From positions 1,043,791 through 1,107,790 of the forward strand of contig BCGN01000007.1 of NCBI GenBank assembly GCA_001599295.1: a stretch of DNA of 64,000 nt, in the 5' to 3' direction. This DNA is from Sporopachydermia quercuum (lineage: Eukaryota). Below the pieces are notes generated by a model. That model was not told the origin of the DNA, did no database searches, and saw nothing but the letters and a program-made list of their open reading frames with translations. Each line of letters opens with the position of its first letter. Within the stretch, counting starts at the first letter, position 1. Shown in pieces: positions 11,325 through 24,800 of the stretch. A program made the translations under genes and the position numbers.

Positions 11325-13638
11325 TCATTCTAAATAGTAAATATTGATTCCACATTGGGGTAAGCCAATTGTCTTTTCTGTCTCGCTGTCTATTTCACTG
11401 TCAGATGATGAATTATCGTAATNAGAATTACTAACTGTAACATTAGCAGCCTTGTCATTAACGCTGTTAGTACTGTTCTCAGTAGATTTACTGTCAATAG
11501 CAATTGGGAGATTACTTTTATTTCTTTTTTTGGAGGCCCGTTCTTTCCTTTTAGAGGTATTCACTCCAATTAGTCCGCCTTCCCCACAATTACCCCTCTG
11601 ACCAAAACTTGCTAAACGCATCCGATNGTCAATCGGATTAACCGATACGGAACTAACACAACTGTTGCTAACATTACAGATAACTTTCCCCGCCTGAACC
11701 CCGCCGATACCTAAATGGACATCTNTCCATTGTGTAATATTGCCGTCTACTCCTCCAGCCAGTAAAAGTCCATTTTCCGCATTTAATTCACACCAAATTC
11801 GTTGTTTTGTAGTCCCATTGAAATTAGTTAGAGTTGAGATTGGGCTGAGATTCATTCGGATGTCTAATATATGGATTGCGGGGTAGTTTCGAGGAACTGT
11901 GTAGATATATTGCGATGTAGATAATAGTTGTGAGAATCCGAACTGAGAACTACAATTGAAATTAGGCCCAGCAGAGGAACTTATATTGGAATCTCTATCC
12001 GAATTCAGTGAACTGACCGAAAATTCACTCAACTCACTACTGTTGATACTTGTTATACATCCGCCACTTCGGAGATCATATAATGAAACATTTCCGCTAT
12101 ATGTGCCTGCCATGATTAAACTCTCCGACCTCCAATTCCCGATTCCACTTCTATTTCCACTTTCACTTCCGTTTCCGACTTTTCCCATAAACCCTAGTGT
12201 AGACACAATACCTCTATTAGTGCTCTTAATGCTAACAATACTTCCTTTACTCGGCATCTCCGTGTCAAAAGCAGAAATAACGGAATCACCACCTGCTATA
12301 AATAAACTTCCCGTGGAATTGAATACTGTGGAATATCCCGGAAAATATTTCTCATTGCTCCTGTCAAAGAAAGAGTAAGAAGCTATTCTTTCATTAGTCA
12401 TATGGTTATATAGAGAAATCGGAACATCGCGGGTGGAAACTAAGGTCAGGCAGGATGCTGGGTTCAAGAGGTTGAAAAGCGGGTAGGTAGAAGCGGATAG
12501 AACCGGAGTCGGAAGGTATATTCGGGAATAGGGCGAGAAAGCAGATGAGAACGNAGAGGTATTAGAAGAAGACACCGAAAAAGGTTCTGATGTTTGCTCG
12601 CTGACTGGAGATTTAATCCGTTTTCTGCAATTAAATTTTGCCGAATTTCCCAAATCTGGACTTTGATCCCATCCCAACAGTGTCTCCGGTTTGCTTTTTG
12701 CATCGCCGAATGTCATTTCCGGCTGACTTCTNATGCTGCTATATTCAGTTCCGTCATTACTTCCGGTTTCTTCATCCGATTTCGGTTCAATTGGAGAGAA
12801 CCATTCAGTTTCCTTATCCGAATCAGAGCTTGTTTCCGATATAGTTTCCGTTCTTTTAGTTCGCCCGATTATCTCTTTTCCCTTTTCCTTTCCTTTATTG
12901 TTTCTGTTTGCATTCTCACCGTCTCCGGTTTCNCTGTTCACATTATCTAACAAATTTTGTGGCCTGAAAACAACTTTTGTTAGTAGGAACATTAATTAGT
13001 GCTTGGTTACATTAGTTATGACAATGTGGTTTATTCAGAAAGCGATAGATTCCATATGACATAAATTGACAATAATTATTGTTATTGGTGATTCGCATTG
13101 ATTATGAGAAACAATTGTTAATGATTAGCATTAAATATCAAACAGAGAGCCTTTGAATAGTTTAATTAATGTCAGTCAGTAAACTAACAATAATTATTAC
13201 TAATTGTATCATATTACTTCTATCACTTCAACAAAAACTTCATTGCATTCGTTCGTAAGCAATTATAAATGCAACAGACGATACTTACAATATAAATAAC
13301 CTTACACCAGAATCTTCATTAACTGAAATAACGCTTGAGCCATCTGGTGTAAAATATGCTCTTCTTACGATGTTCAGATCATAAGAAGAAGAAGAGGAAA
13401 AGCCTCCACAAGNTGTGATAGAAGGAGTAATGGGATTTATCCTTTTATCCCAGAAGATAGCAGGATTTTGACCAGCCTTTCTCTGGAATTTTCTTTTTGG
13501 CTTCTGTAAATCTGGATAAGTATAAGCAGGATTCAATTGAATGTACTGCTGATGGATCAGATCTTCTTTCTCAATTGTTTCTGCTATTGAGCCATAGTAG
13601 GTATTCCCTGTTGAGGCTATTAGCTTGTAAAAAGTCAT
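11325..13638 (-). CDS. SWT21: WD40 protein of the Swt21/TCAB1 (WRAP53) family, 2 exons
   Basis: Exons 13638-13289 and 12963-11325; intron GTAAGT...TACTAAC...CAG. The junction gives FTPDGSSVISVNEDSGVRLFILPQNLL. Further family-like motifs: LTLVSTRDVPISLYN, IASYSFFDRSNEKY, AGTYSG, ILDIR, TKQRIW. Family assignment is by recognition, not by search. Confidence 0.75.
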
Positions 13639-14741
13639 ANTAGCATATTTGATTCGTTTTAAAGGTTGGTTCTGTTTGCAAATAGTTGGGGAAAATGAAT
13701 ATTAATAGACTGATAAGCTGGTTATGCGGATGAAGATAAGCTATTGATGGATTGCTGAACGTACGTGATAACGAGCAATTTGAGATCCTAAGAAGTTGGG
13801 ATTATGACAGAAATGTGTGAATTATTAGCAGTGGAATCAACGATTTGATTCTGATATTTTAATGTTTTCCTATCCGTTCTATTGATAACTGCAAAATGAC
13901 TCCATCGAAGATAGCAAGAAAGAGGATTGTATTTCGGATAAGATGCTAGAAAAAGAGTGTGTGCTATAACGGAGAAAATAAAATCTTATGAGACGAGACG
14001 TGGAGAAGATATGGAGAAGATATAAAAGAGTGTGTTTGATTTAATGATTAGGTGATCAATAGTAAAGATTGTAGAAGAATGACAAGTGAAAGATCAATGA
14101 ATGAGTAAAAGAGCATAAATCTGGCAGTGGAATTGAAGATAAAGAACATTGCTAGCAAAGGATCATTACTTTCTATTTCGTTTTAGCTAAATTTATGTCA
14201 TTCTTATGCTTAAGCATAGCGATAAAAATGTCGAAATCTTTGAGAAGACATTAGAATGTCGTACTTCATTGTCTTACTTTACGTATGACAATCTTGACTC
14301 TCTGCTCGCAACTACTGAGTATGAATGNATGAATGAANAACAACAAATTTACACTTAGNGCCTACCAAAAAATGGATCTCACATATTTCAATTTAAGTTC
14401 TGAATAGTTACTCTTTATGTAATCAAAACTCTCTTATCTCTTTAAATTACATAATACATCTATTTCCAATCTCAAAATCCCAATTCTTTGCCCGTCCAAT
14501 TTCCCATTACCATTAGGGTTTCATTCATGTCATATGTTTCATGTCACATCCACAAAAGATAAAAAAAAATTTATTCTATGAGAGTTTAACCCTTCCTCTT
14601 ATTTATGCCGATAATAATGGCATTTCATGAGCGAAATGTTCACTAATCGATTGCTGATAGCTATTTTTGATCAAACGGGATAAAATCAACAGAATTAGTA
14701 ATTTCCTTGGTCTGTTCGTTTAGGTGTATTTGTTCTTAAAG

Positions 14742-17700
14742 ATGGTGAAAAAGGCGATTGACGCTCGTATTCCAGCGTTGATTCGCAATGGAGCTCAAGT
14801 ATGTATTTATGATGAATACTGATGGTCATGGAGAGTAGATGTTGATAATAGGATTGTATTTCCTTGTTTTGAAATTAATAGAATTGTTTTTGGGAACCCT
14901 ATTAAATGCCAGCTGTTGATAGTTTGCTGTTAACCTCGGAACGNGTGCTCAATCTTGTTATCCTAGTATNACTATTCTATCAACATCCCACTCTTATCAA
15001 ACCTATCAAATTATCCTTGCTTCTTTTCTAACATACATTTTAGACCAAAGAACGAAGCTTTTTCGTCATTGTTGGAGATAATGCTCGTAATCAATTACCA
15101 AATCTGCATTATCTAATGACATCAGCCAATATCAAAATGAACAAATCTGTATTATGGGCATACAAAACAAAACTTGCCGGATTCACATCTCATCGAAAGA
15201 AAAGAGAAATGAAAATCAAAAAGGAAATCAAACGAGGAATTCGTGAAGCCAATGACGAAGATCCTTTTGAGTTGTTCATTAGTTTACAGAATATTCGTTA
15301 TGTTTATTATAAGGAAACCGAGAATATTCTTGGTAATACTTATGGAATGTGTATATTACAAGATTTTGAAGCATTGACCCCTAACTTACTTGCTAGAACC
15401 GTAGAAACAGTTGAAGGAGGTGGAATTATTGTTATATTGTTGAAATCAATGAAGTCTTTAAAACAGTTGTATACTATGACTATGGATATTCATTCAAGAT
15501 ATAGAACAGAATCACATCAGGATGTCGTTGCAAGATTCAATGAAAGGTTTATTTTATCATTGGGATCGTGTAAAAATTGTTTAGTTGTTGATGATGAATT
15601 GAACGTTCTACCTATTTCTGGTGGTAAAACAATTAAACAGCTGCCACCAGTTGAAGGAAACGAAGAAGAACTATTGCCACATGCTGTTGAGTTGAAATCT
15701 GTTAAAGAATCTATTAAGGAAGTTGAACCAGCAGGAAATTTGATTGAATTGACTAGGACTTTGGATCAAGCAAAAGCTTTGCTCACATTTTTGGACGCAA
15801 TTACCGAGAAATCATTGAGAAATACTGTTACGCTAACAGCAGGAAGAGGTAGAGGNAAATCAGCGGCTTTAGGCCTTGGTATTGCTGGAGCAATTGCTAA
15901 TGGTTATTCCAATGTTTTTGTTACATCACCAAGTCCTGAGAATTTGAAAACCCTTTTTCAATTTATTTTCAAGGGATTTGATGCTTTGAACTATGAAGAA
16001 CATATGGATTACGAGATTATTCAATCAACAAATCCTGCTTTGAATAAGGCCATCGTTAGGGTAGATATTTTCAAGAATCATAAACAAACTATCCAATATA
16101 TTCAACCATCAGATTATCAAGTGTTAGGCCAGGCAGAATTAGTTGTAATTGATGAAGCAGCAGCAATTCCTTTACCTATTGTTAAGAACTTATTAGGCCC
16201 TTATTTAGTTTTTATTGCATCTACAATCAATGGTTATGAAGGAACTGGAAGATCTTTGTCTTTGAAGTTGATTCAACAATTGAGAGAGCAGGCAGCTGGT
16301 AAATTGATTAGGGATAATTCCTCTATAACAGTTGCTACAAGAGATGGCAAATTTAACAAATCCTCTAAACCTCAATTAGATGCTAATATTCATGGTAGAA
16401 CCCTCAGTGAAGTTTCACTAGATGAACCTATTAGATATGCCCCTGGAGACCCAGTTGAAAGATGGCTCAATGATTTACTATGTCTTGATGCTACGGTAAC
16501 TAAAAGCGCTAAAGTATTTGAAAACTCAACATTATCAGTTGATGACTGTGATTTATACTTTGTTAATCGTGATGCACTATTTTCATACCATCCTGTTTCT
16601 GAGGCATTTTTACATAAAATGATGGCTTTATATGTTGCTAGTCATTATAAGAACTCACCAAATGATCTACAACTTCTAAGTGATGCACCTGCTCATCAAT
16701 TATATGTTTTAGTACCTAAGCCAAGCCAATTGCCAGGTGAATCAAAAGAAGCTTTCAAGAAAAGAAGCAATAAACTGCCAGAACCAATTGTTGTTTTACA
16801 AATTGCCCTTGAAGGTGAAATTTCCAAACAATCCATTAGAAACAGTCTTAGTAGAGGTATCAGAGCAGGTGGTGATCTGATCCCATGGTTAATGTCTCAA
16901 CAGTTTCAGGACGAAGAATTTGCTAGTTTGTCGGGTGCCAGAGTGGTTAGAATTGCTACCCATCCTGACTTTGTTAATATGGGTTATGGTAAAAAGGCTT
17001 TGGAATTACTGGATGACTATTTCCAAGGTAAATTTACAAGCTTGTATGAAGATAATTCAATATCTCCAGATGATAGGTTCCAAATGAATAAAATCACTGA
17101 CGATGATATTGAAAGTTCAGGTTTGTTAACTGATAATATAAAGATCAGAAGGCCTGATGAAGTACCACCTTTGTTATTAGCATTAAATGAGAAACCTCCG
17201 CATTATATTCATTACTTAGGTGTATCTTTTGGTTTGACGCCTGGTTTAAGAAAGTTCTGGACGAAATGCGGNTATTCCCCTGTTTATCTACGTCAAACTC
17301 CTAATGAGTTAACTGGCGAACATACCTGTGTTATGTTGAAAACTATAGAAGGTCGTGGTGTTGATGGCAGCTCAGGAGATTGGCTTGGAGACTTTTCCTT
17401 TGATTTCCATAAGAGGATTCTCAATTTACTTGCTTATGAGTTTAAAAAGTTCACTATTTTTGAAGCAATTTTCGTTCTAGACGCCGCTAAAAATGCCTAT
17501 AGGAATTCTCCTATTTTTGCTGCTAATGCAACAGAATTCTCAAAGGAAAACCTAGATAAGCTGTTTTCACCTTTCGATTTGAAGAGATTGGAATCTTACT
17601 CTAATAATCTATTAGATTATCATGTAATTGTTGACTTGGTTCCCACAGTTGCTTATTTATATTTTAACGATTCATTCCGTTCCAATGTTGAATTATCTCA

Positions 17701-18232
17701 TATCCAAGCGGCTATTTTGTTAGGTATTGGTCTTCAAAAGAAACCATTGGATATCATACAGAAAGAATTGAATATTGAAATGAATCAAGTTATGGCAATG
17801 TTCGGTAAGATTTTGAGAAAGGTCTCTAATTATTTCTCTCGTTTATTGAAAGAAGCTGTTGGTAAAAGTATTCCAGAAACCAACGGTAATGGTAGTAATG
17901 CAAACGGCGATGAAAATAATAATGAAGACAAGTTCCAAGAGCTTGAACAATCGTTAGATGATGAATTAAATGAAGCAAAGAAAGATGTTATGCATCGACT
18001 ATCTGAAAAACAAAAGGAATTGATTGAATCTTTGGATTTAAGTAAATATGAAATTACAGAAGATGTTGAGTTCAACAGTGCTAGCACAGAAAAATCTGTT
18101 GAGAAGTCTGGTGTGGTAAGTGTGAAGAATCCAGCAAAAGCCAGTAAAAGAAAGACTGAAAGTGCTGAAGCTATTTACAATGAAGAAATGAAGAGTGTGA
18201 AAAAGTCAAAGAAGAAGAAAGGTAAAAATTGA
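14742..18232 (+). CDS. KRE33: RNA cytidine acetyltransferase (NAT10/Kre33), 2 exons
   Basis: Exon 1 14742-14798 (MVKKAIDARIPALIRNGAQ), intron GTATGT...TTCTAAC...TAG, exon 2 15044-18232 (TKERSFFVIVGD...QLPNLHYLM...TAGRGRGKSAALG...VIDEAAAIP...STINGYEGTGRSLSLKL...SHYKNSPNDLQL...RVVRIATHP). Lys-rich C-terminus. Confidence 0.97.
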
Positions 18233-18893
18233 GTTTTAACTGGAAACTGATTTGTGTTAGGTTGTGTTAGGTTAGGAGTGATTGGAAATTAGTTTGTTAG
18301 GGGAGTAGAAATGTGAATAGATGAAGGGAAGAAAAATCGCAGATTGATATATTTCTTGGACAAAAGTAGTAAATATGTTGAATTATAGGTAGTTCGGGAA
18401 ATATATCATTAATAAAAGTTGAATCACAGATGAAGTATAAGTTACTTTTTATTCCCCTCATTGGTTGTAACTGATGGTTGCGCAATACGATTTATTCTTA
18501 TGAAAGAGATAACCCTAAGTAGAGAATATTTTATTTCATGCATCTACAATGATGATGGTTTGGAAATTTGATACATAATCGACAGTATCTCATTATAAAG
18601 CAATTGAAAACTATGCAATCNAATCTGCGATATATACAGCAAGTANTTATATACTTATTCTATGCACTTCCAATTGGGTTTGATCGATGTTCTTGTCCTT
18701 ACTTTTTCTAAAGATGCGAAGATCATGACAGAAAATGACAGCCAACTCATATGGTAGACATTATCAAAGTCTATGAAAATGCATTTTCTTTATAGTCAGA
18801 TATTAACAAACGTCAGGATCGTTTGTAGGCAGAACTGCTAGCAATAGCAGAATATTCTACCAAATCTTGTTCCTTGTTGAATGCATATATTTA

Positions 18894-19988
18894 TTATACG
18901 TCTTTTTGACATATTTGATCACATATAGATTTTAAAGTCCATGTAACTAAATCTATTAATGGCTTTTCATGATTATTAAACGATTTAATTTTGAGTTCAT
19001 CAGTAGCATAATTACTTAATTGATTATACTTTTCATCTTCAGATAAACCACTGTCATCCACTGGTTCAAATAAATGCTTGTGATTGATTACATATGCTGG
19101 CCAGACCATTTTATCGAAATAACCAGGAGGGTCGACCCAAAAACCTTCAATTGTTTTGTATCCTTCGCGATTCTCCCTTCTTGCTTTCAGAACACCATAA
19201 GGAGCAAAGAGAAACAGTCGCACGTCAAGCTGTGAAATAACTTCTCTGTCGTGATACAGCATGAAACCATCAACTACACAGAATTTAAGAGGATTGCTTA
19301 TAGTGTTATCGTTAATGGCAGTATTGTTAGTACTGCCATTGATTCCATAATGACTTTGTAGTCTCCCTATTAGTGCGTGTGTTTCTTTCCTGAGGATTTT
19401 GATTTCTTCGTCATTGAATGACTCTTCCAATCGATACCAACTGTCTTCTTCAGTCATATCTCCAGTTCCTTCAAAAACACCCGTTTGTTTGAATTCCTTT
19501 AATACTTGTATAAGTTTAGGAAAATCTATTGCTTCGGGTGTATCCCAATCTTGTTCACCTTTTTCTTCATCAAACGGAATTTCGCTGTCAGGCTGGATGG
19601 AGATAGTTAGAAATTGTACATATATGAGACTTAGTCAACAACCCGAAGAATAATTTTTGTGGCTACTATGTACTACGTGAAGAATATAATTGTTTACTTA
19701 CCTTATAGAAATCATCCTCATGGAGGATATGACAGTTAGGTAGAAGTAGTTTGAGTATTCTGCTAAGAGTCTATGAAGATTTTGTTAGCTTAAATGGGCG
19801 ATTTAGATCGAATCAATTGGCAACAGGAAGGAAAATAAGCATATCAATTATTGCAGCTGATGCAGAAAATCAATGATAGATAAAACATTATTTCCTAGAT
19901 AGTTAATTAGACATGTACGACATACAGTTTTACCAGAGCTTGAAGCTCCACTTAGGCCTATTATTATAGAATGCTGTTGATTAGTCAT
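18894..19988 (-). CDS. NRK1: Nicotinamide riboside kinase, 3 exons
   Basis: Exons 19988-19926, 19770-19702, 19592-18894 with GTATGT/GTAAGT donors and TAG/CAG acceptors. Spliced sequence: IIIGLSGASSSGKTTLSR...LHEDDFYKPDSEIP...QDWD...VVDGFMLY...LKARRENREGYKTIEGFWVDPPGYFDKMVWPAY. Confidence 0.93.
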
Positions 19989-20961
19989 GATGCAATAGAA
20001 ATCTAATTTATTCTGATAAAAATGTGGTCTTAATAGACCTACCTGGAAACTGATAGAAACTCGGCAGACCTAACGAACTCGAAATACCATCAAGCATACT
20101 GTTGTTCTGTTGTGATCAGTTAATGAAGGATTTCCAAAGTTGTCTTATCAGAAAGAAAGAAAGCAAAAAGAAAAAGTGAAAGACTTGGGTTGAGATTGGT
20201 TAGGTTCATTTCATTTTAGGATATATACGGTTTTTAATACAGATAGTCCCTAATCAAGTTTAAACTGTGTATGTGGAAAAGTTTTTGCTCTTTTCTTCAG
20301 AGTAGAGAATCAGTTTAAACAAGTCTTCATATATCTCCAGCAATCTATATATTCAATTTTTTCTTTTATTTCTTTTTATCAAATATAGTAGTTATGAATT
20401 TGTTTCTCTGATAGGAACTGCATTGAGTCATACCTAATGTTCTTGGATAATAGTTTCCGGTTTAAGGATAATAGATGGTTTCCGTTGCCTCTCTATTGGA
20501 TAGTATTGTATAAACCTCTCTGTATTAATATAAACCAGCTGCATTTTTCTGTTGCTGAAAATATGTTTTCTATATAATTTAATAAGTTTCAACTTATCTC
20601 TCTTGCGGCCTTCCTTACCATTCTTATCATCTCTCATTACAACATAATCTCCGCTTTTCTGGGTCTTCAAACCTTATCCGAAGCGCTTCCTTTAATGGAA
20701 GAGCCTACCTAACCAACAAATTATTATCCTGCCATATCTCATACAAACCTGCGGTTCCTCACTTGATTTGTTTGCCTTTGTATTCATATAAAGCAATATT
20801 TATATTTGAACAATTATCATTGAAAACCTATCTTTACAAAACAATCTAAAGAAAGGTATTTTATTATCACGAGCTAGCATACATGTTAGCAATCGTAGAC
20901 CTCTATCCAGCAGATCAAAAATTCTACTCTCTTATCAGCACTATCTACCTCTTCTCTCCAG

Positions 20962-21720
20962 ATGACAAAAGACCAAGAAACCTCCAATGAAGAAAAAGCC
21001 CCGGTGTGGATTTTCGGCTATGGTTCTTTGATATTCAAGCCACCCCCACATACAGTTGAAGCAAAGAAAGGATATGTTCTAGGATTAAAGCGGAGGTTCT
21101 GGCAGTCATCTTCTGACCACCGCGGAACAGAAGAATATCCTGGTAGAGTTGTTACTATGATCAGCAAAGAAGCAATGGAAACTATAAAGGACAAATACAT
21201 AGGAGATGAGTTTGATATAGCAGAAACAGAAGAGAAAACCTATTACAAACAGATCAAAAACTTAGAGTCGAATGCTCAAGAACAAGACGAATATAAAACA
21301 TGGGGCGTTTGTTATAGAATAGACTCTGAAAAGGTAGAAGAAGTAAAGGAATACTTGGATATTAGAGAGCAAGATGGTTACAGCAGTCTGAAGGTTTTAT
21401 TCTATCCCGTGGGCAATTTCGGTTTAGAGGATGATAATGGGCCATATGAGGATTCATCGCAACCTTCATCTTTCATATCGCTGGCATACATTGGAACTCA
21501 TGATAATCCGTCGTTTCTTGGACCAGTGAAAGCTTCACATTTAGCAAAGCGTATAGTTGCATCTCGAGGACCTTCCGGTGAAAACAGAGAATATCTCTAC
21601 AAATTAGAAGAATCCTTGAAAGAGATACATCCTGATGCTTTAGATGCTCATGTAGCAATTCTAACTGAGAAGGCTAGAACCATAGAGAATTCTATCAACA
21701 CTCAAATGGCTTCTCTCTAG
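20962..21720 (+). CDS. GCG1: ChaC-family glutathione-specific gamma-glutamylcyclotransferase
   Basis: WIFGYGSLIFKPP, RRFWQSSSDHRGTEEYPGRVVT, YLDIREQDGY and GPSGENREYL are ChaC motifs. Confidence 0.93.
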   Translation: MTKDQETSNEEKAPVWIFGYGSLIFKPPPHTVEAKKGYVLGLKRRFWQSSSDHRGTEEYPGRVVTMISKEAMETIKDKYIGDEFDIAETEEKTYYKQIKNLESNAQEQDEYKTWGVCYRIDSEKVEEVKEYLDIREQDGYSSLKVLFYPVGNFGLEDDNGPYEDSSQPSSFISLAYIGTHDNPSFLGPVKASHLAKRIVASRGPSGENREYLYKLEESLKEIHPDALDAHVAILTEKARTIENSINTQMASL

Positions 21721-21898
21721 GATATGTTCATTACATTAAATATTATTTCAGATACCTCGTATGATGGAAATGACTTCCGAATTGACTATCCTAGAGAATA
21801 GTCATCAATAATAACCTCATTGCATGAATCCTTTTAANATCTATATGCATTTGAACTATGTTATTACATAATCAATTATATACAGCTCTTTAGAAATA

Positions 21899-24800
21899 CT
21901 AACAGGCATATTTCTTCGCATAATTCAATACGTCCAACTTATCAGGACGAAAAATATTATTGTCATATCGTTCTTTGAATATTGCTTCCCTAACAGAATT
22001 AGGTAGATAGTATAGTAACCCTGACATAACTTTTGTGTTAGGTTCGTATCCTATTCGAGACCACCAGTTAGGTGCATTCAATAACTCGTGCCTCAAGTTC
22101 AACACACCTAACAAATGTATATATCGATGCCATAATTCATCATTTGGCATTATCCTTCTGTCTTTATCAATTTTCTTATTTCCTGTTGCTACATATTTCT
22201 TAAATTCCCTGATTGCTCGTTCATGAGCATATACTCCATCCCATATATAAGGCTCTTGATACACGATAGTCTTCCTTCTCACCTCATCTATATCATTAAT
22301 TTCGTCGATTTCGTAGTTTTTCAATCCTTTGGGCTTATCTTTCCTCGGCGCTGACAAAGCTCCTTTCAACAAACCTGCTAGTACATTTGCATCTGGAGTT
22401 TTATGGGTATTAAGAAAATACTGCTTGTACAGCTTCCAAACATTCTGCGAATCACCGTGGGATGCTTCGAAAAGCATCATAGAACCTACAATGTAAGAGG
22501 TTTTTGTTTCCATTGACAATGAAGCAAAAATCTCCCGAGTCATTGAACTATTGGAATGAGAGGACAACGCTCGTATGTAAGCATCAAGCACTATCAGATT
22601 TATAGGTTTTGCTTCCGTAAATCTGCCTCTTTGATCATACGCTTCCTGTCTAGATAGTAAATAATCTTTCATCATCGACTGAAGGGTCGAGGTGTCAGTA
22701 ATCTTACTGAATATCACTTTTGCAAGCAAACTATCAATAGTCACCTTATAGTTAAGTACTAATTGCCATAGATCTTTGGCTATTTGCTCATTCAAACAGC
22801 CAAGCGTGTCCATACGATGAATAAACAACGCCCAAATTCTATGGTCCTTATAATAGTGCAAATAATTCTCTTTACCATTAATTATGTTCTGAAAATCTTG
22901 GGTTAATGTTGGAGCATTAGTAGCTGATAGTACTTGGTAATATAGCAAACGCAACTGCATAGAATGAAGGTATTTGTTGTTATTTAGCAATTCATCATTA
23001 AGCACTTCAAGTAGAAATGGCGGTACTGGCGATGGTGATGATCCTAATGAANCCAAAGCAATATCTGAAGTGGGATCTTCTGTAAATTCAGGCTTCCCTT
23101 TTTCCTCCTGTAGAATCACGCGATCCCATGCTATGTCGATCAATGCTTGAGCTTCGGAGCTCAGTTCAGCTTGTGATAATGAAATACCAAGAGCAATCAG
23201 TCCTTCAACGTTTAAGGATACAGATTGCGTCACTGCCCTACTAGAGCCTTCGTTAGAATCACCATCATGAGTTACCATACCACTTGAACTACTATAGCTA
23301 TCATTACCTGCATCAGTAAACTCAAGACCATCTTCTAATAATGCTCTCTGAGCACTCTCTTTTAAGTCGTTTATTGTTTCAGAGGCAAGAATGAAATCTT
23401 GATAGGAATTCTCTGACTTTGGAAATCTTTTAACATAGTCTGCCAAAGGATTCACCATATCTGTTAAAAGCAAGCATTGACTCTGCAAAATCAACTCTGC
23501 GTTCTTGGGCGAATAAGAATAAGTATAATCAACAAGGCGCCACAGAAGTGAATTACGTATTCCAGTGTCAAGTATATTAGGAGGCAAGTACTTAACGAAA
23601 GTCCTCGTTAAGCGAATTAAGCCTTCTTTCCAGTTATACTTACAGCTCCTAATCAAAACATGGAAAATACCTAACATTTGATCTGGGGACCAAAGCATGC
23701 TATCCTCATTACAGCTTGGTGATCGTAAATAGTATTCATATAGTTCAATTTGCAGAACTACATCAAGTTTCGTGCGCGTTGTGCGTTTTAATAGTGGAAT
23801 TATTGCAGGAGGTTTAGGAAGTCTTCCTATTTCTTCCATCCGACTCAACTGAGGATACAGAGGAGAATTCACATCTAAATGGAAAAGACTCTTCAAGGCT
23901 TCCTGAACACTTTTCGTTAAATGCACTTCTTGGCACTGTCTCACATCTTCTGCTGTATAACCAAACTTTTTCTCTAACAGAAATAAACAGCCAGAGTAAT
24001 ACACTTGTATAATTGCTAGTAACTCTCTTGAAGTAGGACTTATAGGATCGTCTTGGTTGAATTTCAGTTTTCTTATACTTGGATGAAGTCTCAGGTCTTT
24101 GAGCAGATTCCGAACGTCCTTATGAATGGAAAACTTGACAAGCGCAGCCTCAAATTTATTCCCCGACTGGTGATTTGCATTTGTTTCCATAATATCATCG
24201 TTTTCTAAAGTATTGAACATTTCGTCAAGTTTCTGAGGTTTTCTAGTAGATAACTTGTCCGTATAAAGGCNTAGAATTTCCATTAATTGGCTTTCGATTT
24301 TGCTTTGAGAATCGGGTTCTATATCATGTAGTATTATCTCGTCTAAGGCCTTCTGAGAATCTAACCTCCAATCGTCAAGCAATTCATTTTCTTCCAGCAA
24401 CAATAACAAAAAGTTTCCCAAGCTTATTATTGATGATTTCTCTATAGGGGAAAGTTTGGTATTCTCAGTTGATTTAGCATTTATTACAGCTTTGTTTAAA
24501 TGAAGAAGAAACAACCGTATAGCCGTAGAGAGTATATAATTCACTCTTCTTACTATCATTCCGGTTGGTTCTTTGGTGTAGTTCCCTAGAAGTTTACGCT
24601 GCATTATCAGTCTCCTTGGATGTATAAAACTGGAATAATATTTCTCACTGTGTCTTTCGTCCTGGTCCACTTTCCTTACGTTATGCTGGCTATGATGAGA
24701 AACGAGACCTAGCAGATCGGATGCTAACGATACATTCTCCCTAAGTGACCTTATTTGTCGATCATGCCTCTGTTTTGAAAGTTTTCCTCCGTCAAGAAGA

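Noticed and set aside
14158..14168. AAGGATCATTA, identical to the 18S rRNA 3' end, upstream of KRE33
   Set aside because: Only 11 nt, no flanking rDNA similarity and no C/D boxes on the antisense strand.
14799..15043. U13/snR45-like guide snoRNA in the KRE33 intron (ATGATGA near 14809; AATCTTGTTAT near 14951 could pair with 18S GUAACAAGGUU)
   Set aside because: The pairing needs two G-U wobbles in 11 nt, and there is no downstream CTGA box D or terminal stem. Chance is likely; an Infernal scan would settle it.
15044..18232. Alternative yeast genetic code (CUG=Ser or Ala)
   Set aside because: CTG falls at conserved Leu positions (KRE33 PNLHY and GDLIPW; HRQ1 RSLKYVV), so the standard code fits.
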